Assembly: GCA_951812955.1 (NCBI GenBank) | Contig: OX638340.1 | Location: 1,344,001-1,408,000 of the forward strand | Direction of reading: 5' to 3' | DNA: 64,000 nucleotides | Source of the DNA: an uncultured Gemmatimonadota bacterium | GTDB lineage: Bacteria > JAAXHH01 | Shown: piece by piece, positions 21,341-31,193 of the stretch | Position numbering within the stretch: the stretch's first letter is position 1 | Layout of the letters: every line of letters starts with the position of its first letter | Made by a program: the position numbers and the translations under genes | The notes under the pieces: model-generated | The model's input: the letters and a program-made list of their open reading frames with translations, nothing else | Told to the model about the DNA's origin: nothing | Databases searched by the model: none

Positions 21341-24300
21341 ATGAATATCAGGAAACACCGTAACACTCATCATCCTCGACGCATTTCGCAAAGGAATTGT
21401 GCCTTGAGGTTTCTTGTCGTTCCCGTCGTCCTCTCGATCATTATCCTTCCGTCGTGCGGCAGGGAAAGCCCCACGGGACCGCCGCAGGCGGCCAGCATCA
21501 GGATATCGCCGGCCGAGGCCGTGCTGGACGCCATTGGCGCGACCGTGCAGCTCACTGCGTCGGTCCGGGACGGGAACGATCGGGAGGTACCGGACGCTGC
21601 CGTGACGTGGACCAGCGGTAACACCGAAGTGGCCAGCGTGACTGACGAGGGCCTGGTCACGGCCCGGAAGAACGGTTCCGCAGTCATCACGGCCGTTTCA
21701 GGGCAATTCCAAGCGAATGCCGCAGTCACGGTATCGCAGGCGGTCGCTAACATCGAGGTTGCGCCCGCCAGCGTGTCGCTGACGAAGACGGACGGGGCTC
21801 TGCGGGTCGACGCAGTGGTGAAAGACAGGAAAGGCAACCTGGTGGCGAACGCGCTGCTCGTCTGGACAAGCAGCGATCCCTTCGTCGTCTCAGTGAACGC
21901 CCTGGGAGTCCTCGAGGCGCGGTCGAACGGAAACGCCCGGATCACCGTGTCTTCAGGGGACGTATCGACAAGCGTGGAAGTCACGGTCTCGGGTTTCGGA
22001 CCGGATGCGCTGGACCGCGTCGCCCTGGTCGCGCTGTTCAACGAAACGGGCGGACCGGGATGGACGCTCGCCACAAACTGGTCGAGCGACTCGCCCCTGG
22101 CCGAGTGGCACGGGGTGGCGACCGATGCCGAAGGAAGGGTGATCGAATTGTTGCTCGACGGGAACGGCCTGAAGGGCGCGATCCCGGAGGAACTGGTCCG
22201 GCTGACAAGGCTCCGAGCTCTTTCCCTCGCACGCAATCAGTTGACAGGAAGCATACCCCCCGGAATCGGACGACTCGCCAGACTGGAGGTGCTGGAGGTT
22301 TCCTACAACCGTTTGACGGGAAGCATACCCCCCGAATTCGGACGACTCACCAGACTCAGGGAACTCGGCGCCAACGGCAACAACTTCTCGCCCGGGCCAT
22401 TGCCCCGGGCTATGACCAATCTCGACAACCTCGAGTTCCTGGGACTCGCGGGAACATCGCTGTGCGCGCCGCTCGACGCAGATTTCCAGGCCTGGCTCGG
22501 CGCGATAGACGACGTTGAAGTGGACAACTGCGAGGACATGGAGCGGAGCGCGCTGATCGCGTTGTACAACGCGACGGACGGAGGAAACTGGACCGAACGG
22601 GACAATTGGCTCACCGGCGTGCCCCTGAGCGCCTGGCACGGAGTTGCGACAAATGACCAGGGCCAGGTAACGGGCTTGGATCTGGCAGACAACAACCTGA
22701 GGGGAACACTGCCGACCCGACTGAGCGATCTCCGGTCTCTGAGCGGTTTGGACCTGTCCAACAACTCCGGGCTGACGGGACCGCTGCCCGTGTCGCTTGG
22801 CAGTCTCAGTCTAACGGCCCTCAAACTAGGCGGAACGGATCTATGCGCGCCGCTGGACCCCGCTTATCAGGCCTGGCTGGCCGCCATCGGGGACATACGG
22901 GTCGCTGGCTGTCCCGCCGACATCGCCCCCGACCGGGTGGCGTTGACCGCGCTATACGGCGAAACGGGCGGTGCGTACTGGAAGGAGTCCGCCAACTGGC
23001 TCGGCGAAGCGCCATTGCGAGACTGGTACGGCGTCGAGACCGACGCCGAAGGGCGTGTGACCTCCATTGACCTGAGGTACAATAACCTGAGGGGGCGGCT
23101 GCCTCCGGAATTGGCGCTGATCGACAGGCTGGAAGCGTTGCGTCTTGCCGGCAACGGCCTGACGGGGCAGATACCGCCAGAACTCGCGCGCCTCGACCGA
23201 CTCTCTGCGTTGGATCTTTCGGTGAACCTGCTGACGGGCTCCATTCCACCGGAACTGGGCCGACTGGCAGACCTCTCCGTCCTTGATCTCTCCGCCAACG
23301 GATTGACCGGGTCCGTTCCACCCCAACTGGGACGACTCGACCGACTATCCGTCCTCGACCTCCGACTCAACCGGTTACACGGCCCCGTTCCGTCCGAACT
23401 GGGGAACCTCCGCAGCCTCGGGCGACTGGCACTCTCCTCCAACGAGTTGACCGGCCGCGTGCCGCCGGAACTGGGATTATTGGCAAACCTCTCCGTCCTC
23501 GACCTCAGACTCAATCGGTTACACGGCCCCGTACCACCCGAACTGGGACGACTCGCAAACCTCAAGGAACTGAATCTCGCCAGGAACGGCTTTACGGGCC
23601 CCGTTCCACCCGAACTGGGACGGCTCCCAAACCTCGAGGATCTGGAACTCTCCACCAACGAGTTGACGGGCCCCGTTCCGCCCGAACTGGGACGACTCGC
23701 AAACCTCAAGGAACTGAATCTCGCCACCAACGGCCTGACGGGCCCCGTTCCGCCCGAACTGGGACGACTCGCAAACCTCGTCACGCTGAGCCTGGCGTCG
23801 AATCAGCTGACGGGATCGGTCCCGCCCGAACTGGGACGACTCGCAAATCTCGTCACGCTGAGTCTTTCCGGTAACGCCGCGCTGTCGGGGACGTTGCCGC
23901 GCGCGTTGCTCAACCTCGACCTGGCCTCCCTGCTCCTGGCCGGTACGCGCCTCTGCGCGTCCCGGGACGTGGAGACTCAGGCTTGGTTGCGGGATATCGA
24001 TGAAAGGCGCGTTTCCGACTGCGGCGATTCCGTCCCGCTTATTATGTCTGCGTATCTCACACAGGCGGTGCAGTCCCTCGAAAATCCAGTGCCGCTGGTT
24101 GCCGGCAAGCCCGCGCTCCTGCGCGTATTCTTAACGAACGGCGGCATGGCCGACGCCAAACGGCCGCCGGTACGCGCTACATTCTACCGGAACGACCTTC
24201 CAGTGCACACGACCGAGATATCGGGCGGAGACGATAGACTGCCGGACAGTCCGGAGGAAGGACAACTCGCGGCTTCATCCAACGCCGCGATACCGGCCGA

Positions 24301-25492
24301 AGTCGTTCGGCCGGGCCTGGAAATGGTGATAGAAATCGATCCCGGCAGCATACCGGATTCCGCTTTGGACATCGGTCGCCGCCTGCCGTCTACCGGACGG
24401 TTGGCTTTGGAGGTGGTGGAGGTGCCGCCCCTCCATCTTACCCTGGTCCCGTTTCTGTGGTCGTCGAATCCGGACCGGACGCTCGCGGATTACGCCTCGG
24501 GCCTGTCGTCCGATGACGAACTGTTCAGGATGACCCGGGAAACGTTGCCGGTTGGTGATTTCCATCTGACCGTGCGCGAGCCCGTCTGGACCTCGGTGGT
24601 ATCCGAGGCGAAGAACACCATATCGATCCTGGTTGAGGTCTATGTGGTTCGCATCCTGGACGGCGCCCGGGGACATTATATGGGTATCCTCCCTGCCGGA
24701 GAACGGGTGGGCGTTGCCGCCATCCCGGGATACTTCGGTGTGGCGGCGCTGAACGGACGCATCATTGCCCATGAACTCGGACACAACATGAACCTGGGGC
24801 ACGCGCCGTGCGGCGACCCGGCCGGGGTGGACCCCGACTACCCCTACTTCGACGGGACTACCGGCGCATGGGGCTACGACGTCCTGTCGGAATCATTGGT
24901 GTCGCCGCAAAACTTCGACTTGATGAGTTACTGCCTCCCCAATGGGATCAGTGACTTCCACTTCGTCAAGGCGCTGATTTACCGGCGGTCCGAGGAAACG
25001 CCCGTTCCAGCAGCGCGCGCCGCTTCCGCGACCAACCTGCTGCTATGGGGCGAAGTGAACGAGTTTACGGAAACCGTCCTCCATCCTGCCTTCGTGGTCG
25101 ACGCCCCGCCCGCCCTGCCGGAGACCGGCGGTCCGTATCGCATCACCGGTGAAGACGGAGCAGGGAACACGCTGTTCGCGCTGTCCTTCGGCGCGGTGGA
25201 AGTCGCGGACGGGGCCGGGAGTGTTTTCGCGTTCGTCCTTCCCGTCCAGGAGGACTGGCTCGATCGATTGCATCGGATCGCGTTATCCGGCCCGGACGGG
25301 GTGAAGACGGTAGATCGAAGAGGAGGGTCGGCCGCCGCGATCATGTTAGACCGGACGACCGGAACGGTCCGGGGCATCCTCCGAGACTGGCCCGACCAGG
25401 GCGGCTCTCAGCCGTTCGCGCGGCGCGTGCTGCCGGACGGTGATTTCGAAGTCCTGGTCAGCCACGGCATCCCAGATTCGAATCCCCGGTAA
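21341..25492 (+). CDS. large secreted lipoprotein: Big_2 Ig-like domains + about 20 plant-type LRRs + C-terminal metzincin (reprolysin-like) zinc protease
   Basis: Lipobox LPSCG. Three Ig-like Big_2 segments (VTWTSGNTEVASV...). Repeated 24-aa LRR units (LxxLxLxxNxLTGxIPPELGRLxxL) in four blocks capped by Cys motifs (LCAPLD...C). HELGHNMNLGH zinc site plus a Met-turn (DLMSYC) in the C-terminal domain. Confidence 0.75.
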   Translation: MNIRKHRNTHHPRRISQRNCALRFLVVPVVLSIIILPSCGRESPTGPPQAASIRISPAEAVLDAIGATVQLTASVRDGNDREVPDAAVTWTSGNTEVASVTDEGLVTARKNGSAVITAVSGQFQANAAVTVSQAVANIEVAPASVSLTKTDGALRVDAVVKDRKGNLVANALLVWTSSDPFVVSVNALGVLEARSNGNARITVSSGDVSTSVEVTVSGFGPDALDRVALVALFNETGGPGWTLATNWSSDSPLAEWHGVATDAEGRVIELLLDGNGLKGAIPEELVRLTRLRALSLARNQLTGSIPPGIGRLARLEVLEVSYNRLTGSIPPEFGRLTRLRELGANGNNFSPGPLPRAMTNLDNLEFLGLAGTSLCAPLDADFQAWLGAIDDVEVDNCEDMERSALIALYNATDGGNWTERDNWLTGVPLSAWHGVATNDQGQVTGLDLADNNLRGTLPTRLSDLRSLSGLDLSNNSGLTGPLPVSLGSLSLTALKLGGTDLCAPLDPAYQAWLAAIGDIRVAGCPADIAPDRVALTALYGETGGAYWKESANWLGEAPLRDWYGVETDAEGRVTSIDLRYNNLRGRLPPELALIDRLEALRLAGNGLTGQIPPELARLDRLSALDLSVNLLTGSIPPELGRLADLSVLDLSANGLTGSVPPQLGRLDRLSVLDLRLNRLHGPVPSELGNLRSLGRLALSSNELTGRVPPELGLLANLSVLDLRLNRLHGPVPPELGRLANLKELNLARNGFTGPVPPELGRLPNLEDLELSTNELTGPVPPELGRLANLKELNLATNGLTGPVPPELGRLANLVTLSLASNQLTGSVPPELGRLANLVTLSLSGNAALSGTLPRALLNLDLASLLLAGTRLCASRDVETQAWLRDIDERRVSDCGDSVPLIMSAYLTQAVQSLENPVPLVAGKPALLRVFLTNGGMADAKRPPVRATFYRNDLPVHTTEISGGDDRLPDSPEEGQLAASSNAAIPAEVVRPGLEMVIEIDPGSIPDSALDIGRRLPSTGRLALEVVEVPPLHLTLVPFLWSSNPDRTLADYASGLSSDDELFRMTRETLPVGDFHLTVREPVWTSVVSEAKNTISILVEVYVVRILDGARGHYMGILPAGERVGVAAIPGYFGVAALNGRIIAHELGHNMNLGHAPCGDPAGVDPDYPYFDGTTGAWGYDVLSESLVSPQNFDLMSYCLPNGISDFHFVKALIYRRSEETPVPAARAASATNLLLWGEVNEFTETVLHPAFVVDAPPALPETGGPYRITGEDGAGNTLFALSFGAVEVADGAGSVFAFVLPVQEDWLDRLHRIALSGPDGVKTVDRRGGSAAAIMLDRTTGTVRGILRDWPDQGGSQPFARRVLPDGDFEVLVSHGIPDSNPR

Positions 25493-25666
25493 CGAAGGTT
25501 GCCTGCCGTAGTATCCGCGACCGGTTCAAAAAACAGTTTTGGGATTCGCGCAATAGGGTATAATGATTAGGTATAGCCCGGACCGGTCGTGTCTTCCAGA
25601 TTGGGGTTACCGCCGAGACCAGTCCCTGTGTAAAACCCGGATCGACCCGGATTCCCGCCCTATTCC

Positions 25667-26626
25667 ATGAATCTTGTTCTTACCCTGGCTTTGACCGCTA
25701 TCTGCCTGGGGGGCGAGACTTTCTTCCACGCGCCGCGGGCCTATTTTGGAGATCAGGCTTTCTCGTTCCACCTCTCCGATGGGCGGGTGGCGAATGGCCA
25801 CACCCTTTTACTGGAATGCATACCTGAAGGTCCCGGCGTTGAAGCTGGTCGCGTGGCTGACCTGACCGTTTCGACGGGCACCCGGATTCATCGCCTGTAC
25901 CCTCATCCCACCGAAGTCGACAGTGTCCTGTTCACCCTGATCGGCATTCCCTATGGCACGGCGCCGGGTCCGGATACCCTGCACGTGGAGTGGACCGAAA
26001 GCGACCGGATCTTCGACCGGGAACTGCCCTTCAGCGTGGTAGCCGGTCCTTACCGGTCGGAGCAAATCCGCGGCGTGCCGCAGAATCGGGTTACGCCTTC
26101 GGCGGAGGACTTCCGCCGCATCGCGAGGGAACGGAAGATAATCGCCTCGGCGTACGAAGCGGTCCGGGATACGGCCATGATGGCGGATACGTTCAGTTAT
26201 CCCGTGGAGAAAAAAACGATTACCAGCCCCTATGGGACCCGAAGGGTATTCAATGGACAGCTTCGAAGCTTTCACGGCGGCCTCGACCTGCGGGCCTACG
26301 AAGGAACGCCCCTATACGCCGCGCAGTCCGGCGTGGTCAAGCTGGCGCAGAACCTGTTCTTTTCAGGCAACCATGTCCTGATCGAACACGGCATGGGCAT
26401 CCACACCGGGTATTCTCACATGAGCAGGCTGTACGTGAAAACCGGTGACGTGGTTACCCAGGGACAGTTATTGGGGCTGTCCGGATCCACAGGCCGGGTG
26501 ACCGCCGCGCACCTGCACTGGACGGTTAACGTAAACGGCGTGGGGGTCAGCCCGTTGCAGTTTACCGAGATCCTTTCCATGCTGTACGGGAAACCCGTTG
26601 AGGTACGTAACCGGAATGACGGCTAG
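25667..26626 (+). CDS. M23 family metallopeptidase (LytM-like)
   Basis: HGGLDL ... HxH-type motifs (SFHGGLDLRA, GNHVLIEHG, TGRVTAAHLHWTVNVNG). Hydrophobic N-terminus. Confidence 0.8.
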   Translation: MNLVLTLALTAICLGGETFFHAPRAYFGDQAFSFHLSDGRVANGHTLLLECIPEGPGVEAGRVADLTVSTGTRIHRLYPHPTEVDSVLFTLIGIPYGTAPGPDTLHVEWTESDRIFDRELPFSVVAGPYRSEQIRGVPQNRVTPSAEDFRRIARERKIIASAYEAVRDTAMMADTFSYPVEKKTITSPYGTRRVFNGQLRSFHGGLDLRAYEGTPLYAAQSGVVKLAQNLFFSGNHVLIEHGMGIHTGYSHMSRLYVKTGDVVTQGQLLGLSGSTGRVTAAHLHWTVNVNGVGVSPLQFTEILSMLYGKPVEVRNRNDG

Positions 26627-26637
26627 ACGGAGTTGCC

Positions 26638-28392
26638 ATGCGCCCTGTGATCGTCCTGATGTTCCCAGTTACGTTTCTAGCGCTCACCGTCGCTTTCGCC
26701 GTGGAAATACCCTCCAATACGTCTGAACGCGCCGATTCTGAACGCGTCAATTCCGTCGGCGTGACACTGCCTCCTGACGCCGCGCCACCCGCTCTGCAGC
26801 AACTGCATACCTTCGAACTGAACAACCGGTACATGGACCGGGCCACTTCTTCCTACCAGAAGTCCTTCGGGTTCGCCCTGACGAACGAACCACTTACCCG
26901 GGTCGATCGTAACTTCAAACTCATCCCCGCCGCCGCAACCCACTGGGAAGTGACCGAAGACGGGCACACCTGGGTTTTCCACCTCAGAAAAGACATGGTG
27001 TTCGGCGATGGCAAACCCGTTACTGCTTACGACTACGCGGACACTTTCCGGCGGTGGGCGGATCCGGACATCGGATTCGATTTCGAATGGTATTACCGGT
27101 CGATCAGGAATTGGGGCGCCGTCGTCGCACGGGAGATGCCCCTGGATTCGCTGGGCGTCAAGGCGCTGGACCGGCACGCCATTGCCTTCACCACCACCCG
27201 GCCGGCGCCCTTCGCGCCACATCTGCTCAACTACAGCTGGGTGACGCCGACACACCAGTTCGAGAAGTACGGGGCAGCGTGGTCCACCAAACCCGAAACC
27301 CACATCGGGTATGGCCCCTACCGGCTCAAGGAGTGGACCATCAACCACCGGATTGTCCTGGAGCCGAATCCTACGTATCCTGGGCCCAGCACGCCTTACC
27401 TGGAAAAGATAATCGCCCGTCTTTACAACGCGGCGGCCCAGCCACCCTTCCTCGCCTCATACGAATCGGGCGAGGTCGACTACGTTCTGCTGAACAACCC
27501 GGCCGAGATCAACCGGGTCCGGTCCGACCCGGTACTGCGAAGCCAACTGAATACCTACACCAATTTCACCACGTACTATCTCTTCATGGATACCCGGGTT
27601 CCGCCTTTCGACGACCTGCGCGTTCGCCAGGCCATCAGCCACGCCATCGACCAGCCGGCCATCATGAAATCCGCCCTGAAAGACATCGCGGTTTCGGCCG
27701 TATCCATGATGCCGTCGGGATTTCCGGCCGCCAGTCCCGAAACGCTGGGACACATACAACAATACGACCTGGAAAAGGCACGCCGTCTGCTCGCGGAAGC
27801 GGGATATCCCAATGGAAGGGGATTCCCCCCAATGGCCATGTGGCTGCGAGGCGAAGCCTACCTTAGAAAGGTGGCCGCCGAGGCCATTCAGGCCATGCTT
27901 AAGCAGAATCTGAATATTGAGATCGAGGTCCTGAACGTGGAAAGGAAAGTCTACACGGAAGCCTTGAACGCCAAAGAGATTCCATTTTCTATGCTTGCAT
28001 ATGGTTGGGATTACCTGGACCCCAGCAACCTGCTCAACTTGTGGCTGTCCCGGGGCCGACACCCCTGGCGCAACGAGCAGTTCGAGGAACTCGTGGAACG
28101 GGCCAACCACCTGGTGGGAGATCCCGAACGGCGCACCCGACTCTACCAGGAAGCAGAAGAGATCCTGGTCCGGGACGTGGGCGGTGTCTTCCTCTGGCAC
28201 GACCTGGTCAACGAGATGTGGCGTCCATACGTCCGCGGTGACGCGCTCGAACCGAACGAATCGGGATACAGGGCGTGGCGCGGGAACCAGATGCTGAACC
28301 TGATGACTACGATTTACATTACAGAGGATGTAACCCGGGAAACGACGGCACGGAAGCGCGGCGGTCCGTGGAGTTGGCTGACTGGTCGATGA
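26638..28392 (+). CDS. ABC transporter substrate-binding protein, family 5 (peptide/nickel type), paralog 1
   Basis: Signal peptide and SBP_bac_5-like length and motifs (WVFHLRKDMVFGDGKPVTAYDY). Strongly similar to the next gene. Confidence 0.7.
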   Translation: MRPVIVLMFPVTFLALTVAFAVEIPSNTSERADSERVNSVGVTLPPDAAPPALQQLHTFELNNRYMDRATSSYQKSFGFALTNEPLTRVDRNFKLIPAAATHWEVTEDGHTWVFHLRKDMVFGDGKPVTAYDYADTFRRWADPDIGFDFEWYYRSIRNWGAVVAREMPLDSLGVKALDRHAIAFTTTRPAPFAPHLLNYSWVTPTHQFEKYGAAWSTKPETHIGYGPYRLKEWTINHRIVLEPNPTYPGPSTPYLEKIIARLYNAAAQPPFLASYESGEVDYVLLNNPAEINRVRSDPVLRSQLNTYTNFTTYYLFMDTRVPPFDDLRVRQAISHAIDQPAIMKSALKDIAVSAVSMMPSGFPAASPETLGHIQQYDLEKARRLLAEAGYPNGRGFPPMAMWLRGEAYLRKVAAEAIQAMLKQNLNIEIEVLNVERKVYTEALNAKEIPFSMLAYGWDYLDPSNLLNLWLSRGRHPWRNEQFEELVERANHLVGDPERRTRLYQEAEEILVRDVGGVFLWHDLVNEMWRPYVRGDALEPNESGYRAWRGNQMLNLMTTIYITEDVTRETTARKRGGPWSWLTGR

Positions 28393-28435
28393 AAGCGGAA
28401 GCGTCACGCAGCAACAGTCTGATGGGTCCACACTC

Positions 28436-30277
28436 ATGCCAATGCAACCTGACAAACGAAACCGGAATATCCTCGAAGCGGTAGCGTCCCTGCCTCGCGC
28501 AACGGCGATCCTGCTCGGCGCAGCGGCGATCCTCCTTGCCACCATGCTGGGCGCATCAGCGCTCGGCATCGGTGCCTCGGCGCTCGGCCTCACCACCGAC
28601 GGCCCATCCGGCCAGGGGCAGCCTGCCCAGGTCAACTCCGTGGGCGTCACTCTACCTGCGGACGCCGCACCGCCGGAACACCAGCATCTACGCACATTCG
28701 AGTTAAACAACCGGTTCATGGACCGGGCCACTTCCTCCTACCAGAAGATCTTCGGTTTCGCCCTGACGAACGAGCCGTTGACACGGGTCGACCGGGATTT
28801 CAACCTGCTTCCCGCCGCCGCGACACACTGGGAAGTGACCGAAGACGGCCAGACATGGATTTTCCATCTGCAGCGGGACCTGGTTTTTGGCGACGGCCGG
28901 CCCGTCACGGCCTACGACTACTTGTCTTCGTTCCGACGCTGGGCCGATCCGAAAACCGGTTTCGATTTCGAATGGTACTACCGGCCCATCAAGAACTGGG
29001 GCGAGGTCGTGGACGGCCGTATGCCCCTGGATTCCCTGGGCGTCGAAGCCCTGGACCGGTATACGATCGCTTTCACCACGACCCAGCCGACGCCTTACAC
29101 GCCGGAACTGCTGAACTACAGTTGGGTGACCCCTACCCACCTGTACGAGAAGTACGGTCCGGCCTGGTCGACCCGGCCCGAAACCCACATGGGCAACGGT
29201 CCGTTCCGGCTCAAGGAATGGACGATTAACGACCGCATCGTCCTCGAGCCCAGTCCGACGTACCGGGGGCCCAACAAGCCCTACCTGGAACGCATCACGG
29301 CGCAGCTCTTCAACGCCGCCGCGCAGCCGCCCTACCTCGCCGCTTACGAGGCGGGCGAAGTCGACTACATCGTGCTGAGCAACCAGGCCGAGATAAACCG
29401 GGTCAATTCGATTCCTGATTTGAAGGATCACCTGAACACCTACGTGGATTTCCAGACTTTCTATCTGATGATGGATACCCACAATCCCCCCTTCAACGAT
29501 TTGAGGGTACGCCAGGCCTTCAGCCATGCCGTCGACCAGGCCTCGCTTATGAAATCCGCCCTGCGGGACATTGCGTTGCCGGCTTCCGCCATGTCGCCAC
29601 CGGGGTTCCCAGCGGCCAACCCCGAAGCGCTGGCGTCCTTCCAGGCATACGACCCGGACCTCGCGCGCAGACTCCTTGCGGAAGCGGGTTTCCCGGACGG
29701 AAAGGGATTCCCGGCCGTGAACTTGTGGCTGCGGGGAGAACCCATCGTGATCAACACGGCCGCCGAGGCGGTCCAGGCCATGTTGAAACAAAGCCTGAAC
29801 ATCGAAGTAGGCGTACGAAACGTGGAAAGGAAGGTGTTTACGGAAACGATGAACGCCAAGGAACTCACGCTGGCGCTCATCCCCTACCGTTACGACTATG
29901 TCGACGCCAGCAACCTGCTCACGCTGTGGCTGTCGAATGGACGCCATTCCTGGTACAATGAACGGTTCGAAGAACTGGTACTCAGGGCAAACGTGCTGGT
30001 GGGAGATCCGGTCCGGCGGATCGAGCTATACCAGGAAGCGGAGGAGATACTCGTCCGTGACGTAGGCGGCGTGTTCCTGTGGCACACCCTGATCAATGAA
30101 ATGTGGCGGCCCTACGTACGAGGTGCAGCGATTGAGACGAACAGGTGGGGATACAGGGCATGGCGGGGCAACCAGATGTTGAACCTGATGCCGACCCTGT
30201 ACATATCGGATGAAGTCCTGGATACGGCCGTTGAGCAGAAATCCACCGGCTTCTGGGACTGGCTGACCACGAGGTAG
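28436..30277 (+). CDS. ABC transporter substrate-binding protein, family 5, paralog 2
   Basis: Tandem paralog of 26638-28392 (same motifs NNRxMDRATSSYQK, WEVTEDG.TW.FHL). Signal peptide. Confidence 0.7.
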   Translation: MPMQPDKRNRNILEAVASLPRATAILLGAAAILLATMLGASALGIGASALGLTTDGPSGQGQPAQVNSVGVTLPADAAPPEHQHLRTFELNNRFMDRATSSYQKIFGFALTNEPLTRVDRDFNLLPAAATHWEVTEDGQTWIFHLQRDLVFGDGRPVTAYDYLSSFRRWADPKTGFDFEWYYRPIKNWGEVVDGRMPLDSLGVEALDRYTIAFTTTQPTPYTPELLNYSWVTPTHLYEKYGPAWSTRPETHMGNGPFRLKEWTINDRIVLEPSPTYRGPNKPYLERITAQLFNAAAQPPYLAAYEAGEVDYIVLSNQAEINRVNSIPDLKDHLNTYVDFQTFYLMMDTHNPPFNDLRVRQAFSHAVDQASLMKSALRDIALPASAMSPPGFPAANPEALASFQAYDPDLARRLLAEAGFPDGKGFPAVNLWLRGEPIVINTAAEAVQAMLKQSLNIEVGVRNVERKVFTETMNAKELTLALIPYRYDYVDASNLLTLWLSNGRHSWYNERFEELVLRANVLVGDPVRRIELYQEAEEILVRDVGGVFLWHTLINEMWRPYVRGAAIETNRWGYRAWRGNQMLNLMPTLYISDEVLDTAVEQKSTGFWDWLTTR

Positions 30278-30380
30278 GTCCCGGCTGTGCGTCCTCACCG
30301 AACACCCGGCGTACGTACTCACCGAACGCCTTGAAACGATTCCCCAGGACGCTTTCTCACCGCATCCATGTTCCAGCTTC

Positions 30381-31055
30381 CTACGCCGCGGCCTCCGTCA
30401 CGATGCGTCCGTCGAAGAGGCGGATGATCCGGTGGGCGTGATCGGCCAGAACCTGGTCGTGGGTCACCATGATGATGGTCGTGCCCGCCTCGTTGAGGCC
30501 GTTGAGCAGTTCCATGACCTCCGAACCGTTGGCCGAGTCCAGGTTACCCGTCGGCTCATCCGCCAGGATCAGCTTGGGATTGCCGATGACCGCCCGCGCC
30601 ACGGCCACGCGCTGCTGCTGGCCGCCGGAAAGCTGCTGCGGGAAGTGATTACGCCGGTGGGGGATCTGCATATGCTCCATCGCCGCATCCACCCGTTCCT
30701 TGCGCTCCTGCTTTGACGTGCCCAGGTAGATCAGCGGAAGCTCGATGTTCTCGTACACGGTCAGTTCGTCGATCAGGTTGAAGCTCTGGAACACGAAGCC
30801 GATGTTGTTCTTGCGCAGATTGGCTCTTTGCCGCTCGGAGTGGCCGGACACTTCCTGGTCCAGGAAATGGTATTCCCCGCCCGTGGGATTGTCGAGGAGG
30901 CCGAGGATGTTGAGCAAGGTGGACTTGCCGCAGCCCGAGGGTCCCATGACCGCCACGAACTCGCCCTGGTCCACGGCCATGCTCACGTCGTTCAACGCCG
31001 TCGTCTCCACCTCTTCGGTCGCATAGAGTTTCTGGAGATGCTCTGTCCGTATCAT
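30381..31055 (-). CDS. ABC transporter ATP-binding protein (MacB/LolD/DevA-like)
   Basis: Walker A GPSGCGKST, signature LSGGQQQRVAVARA, Walker B ILADEPTGNLD. Confidence 0.85.
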   Translation of the reverse strand: MIRTEHLQKLYATEEVETTALNDVSMAVDQGEFVAVMGPSGCGKSTLLNILGLLDNPTGGEYHFLDQEVSGHSERQRANLRKNNIGFVFQSFNLIDELTVYENIELPLIYLGTSKQERKERVDAAMEHMQIPHRRNHFPQQLSGGQQQRVAVARAVIGNPKLILADEPTGNLDSANGSEVMELLNGLNEAGTTIIMVTHDQVLADHAHRIIRLFDGRIVTEAAA

Positions 31056-31193
31056 GTTGCGCTCCCGTAATGAAATGAGGCTCTGGGCGGACCCGGCGCG
31101 AGGCTTGGTGCGCCGCTGCGCGCCGCCCTGTCCTGTCGAGAAAACCTTACCATAAGCGTCCGTACCCGCTGCTATAAGCGTCCGTACCCGCTG

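Noticed and set aside
18664-21363. Many short ORFs on both strands inside the CRISPR array (e.g. 18664-19134 -, 19295-19732 +, 20838-21212 -) with recurring MRPGLRSPGN / FRGCAAPASLK peptides
   Set aside because: They are translations of the 36-bp repeat in different frames. Periodic identical peptides every ~25 aa are the signature of a repeat array, not genes.
25493-25666. Possible promoter with TATAAT (in ...CGCAATAGGGTATAATGATT) upstream of the M23 peptidase gene
   Set aside because: The -10 hexamer is perfect but the best -35 candidate (TTGGGA) is only 14 nt away. Too uncertain to list as a feature.
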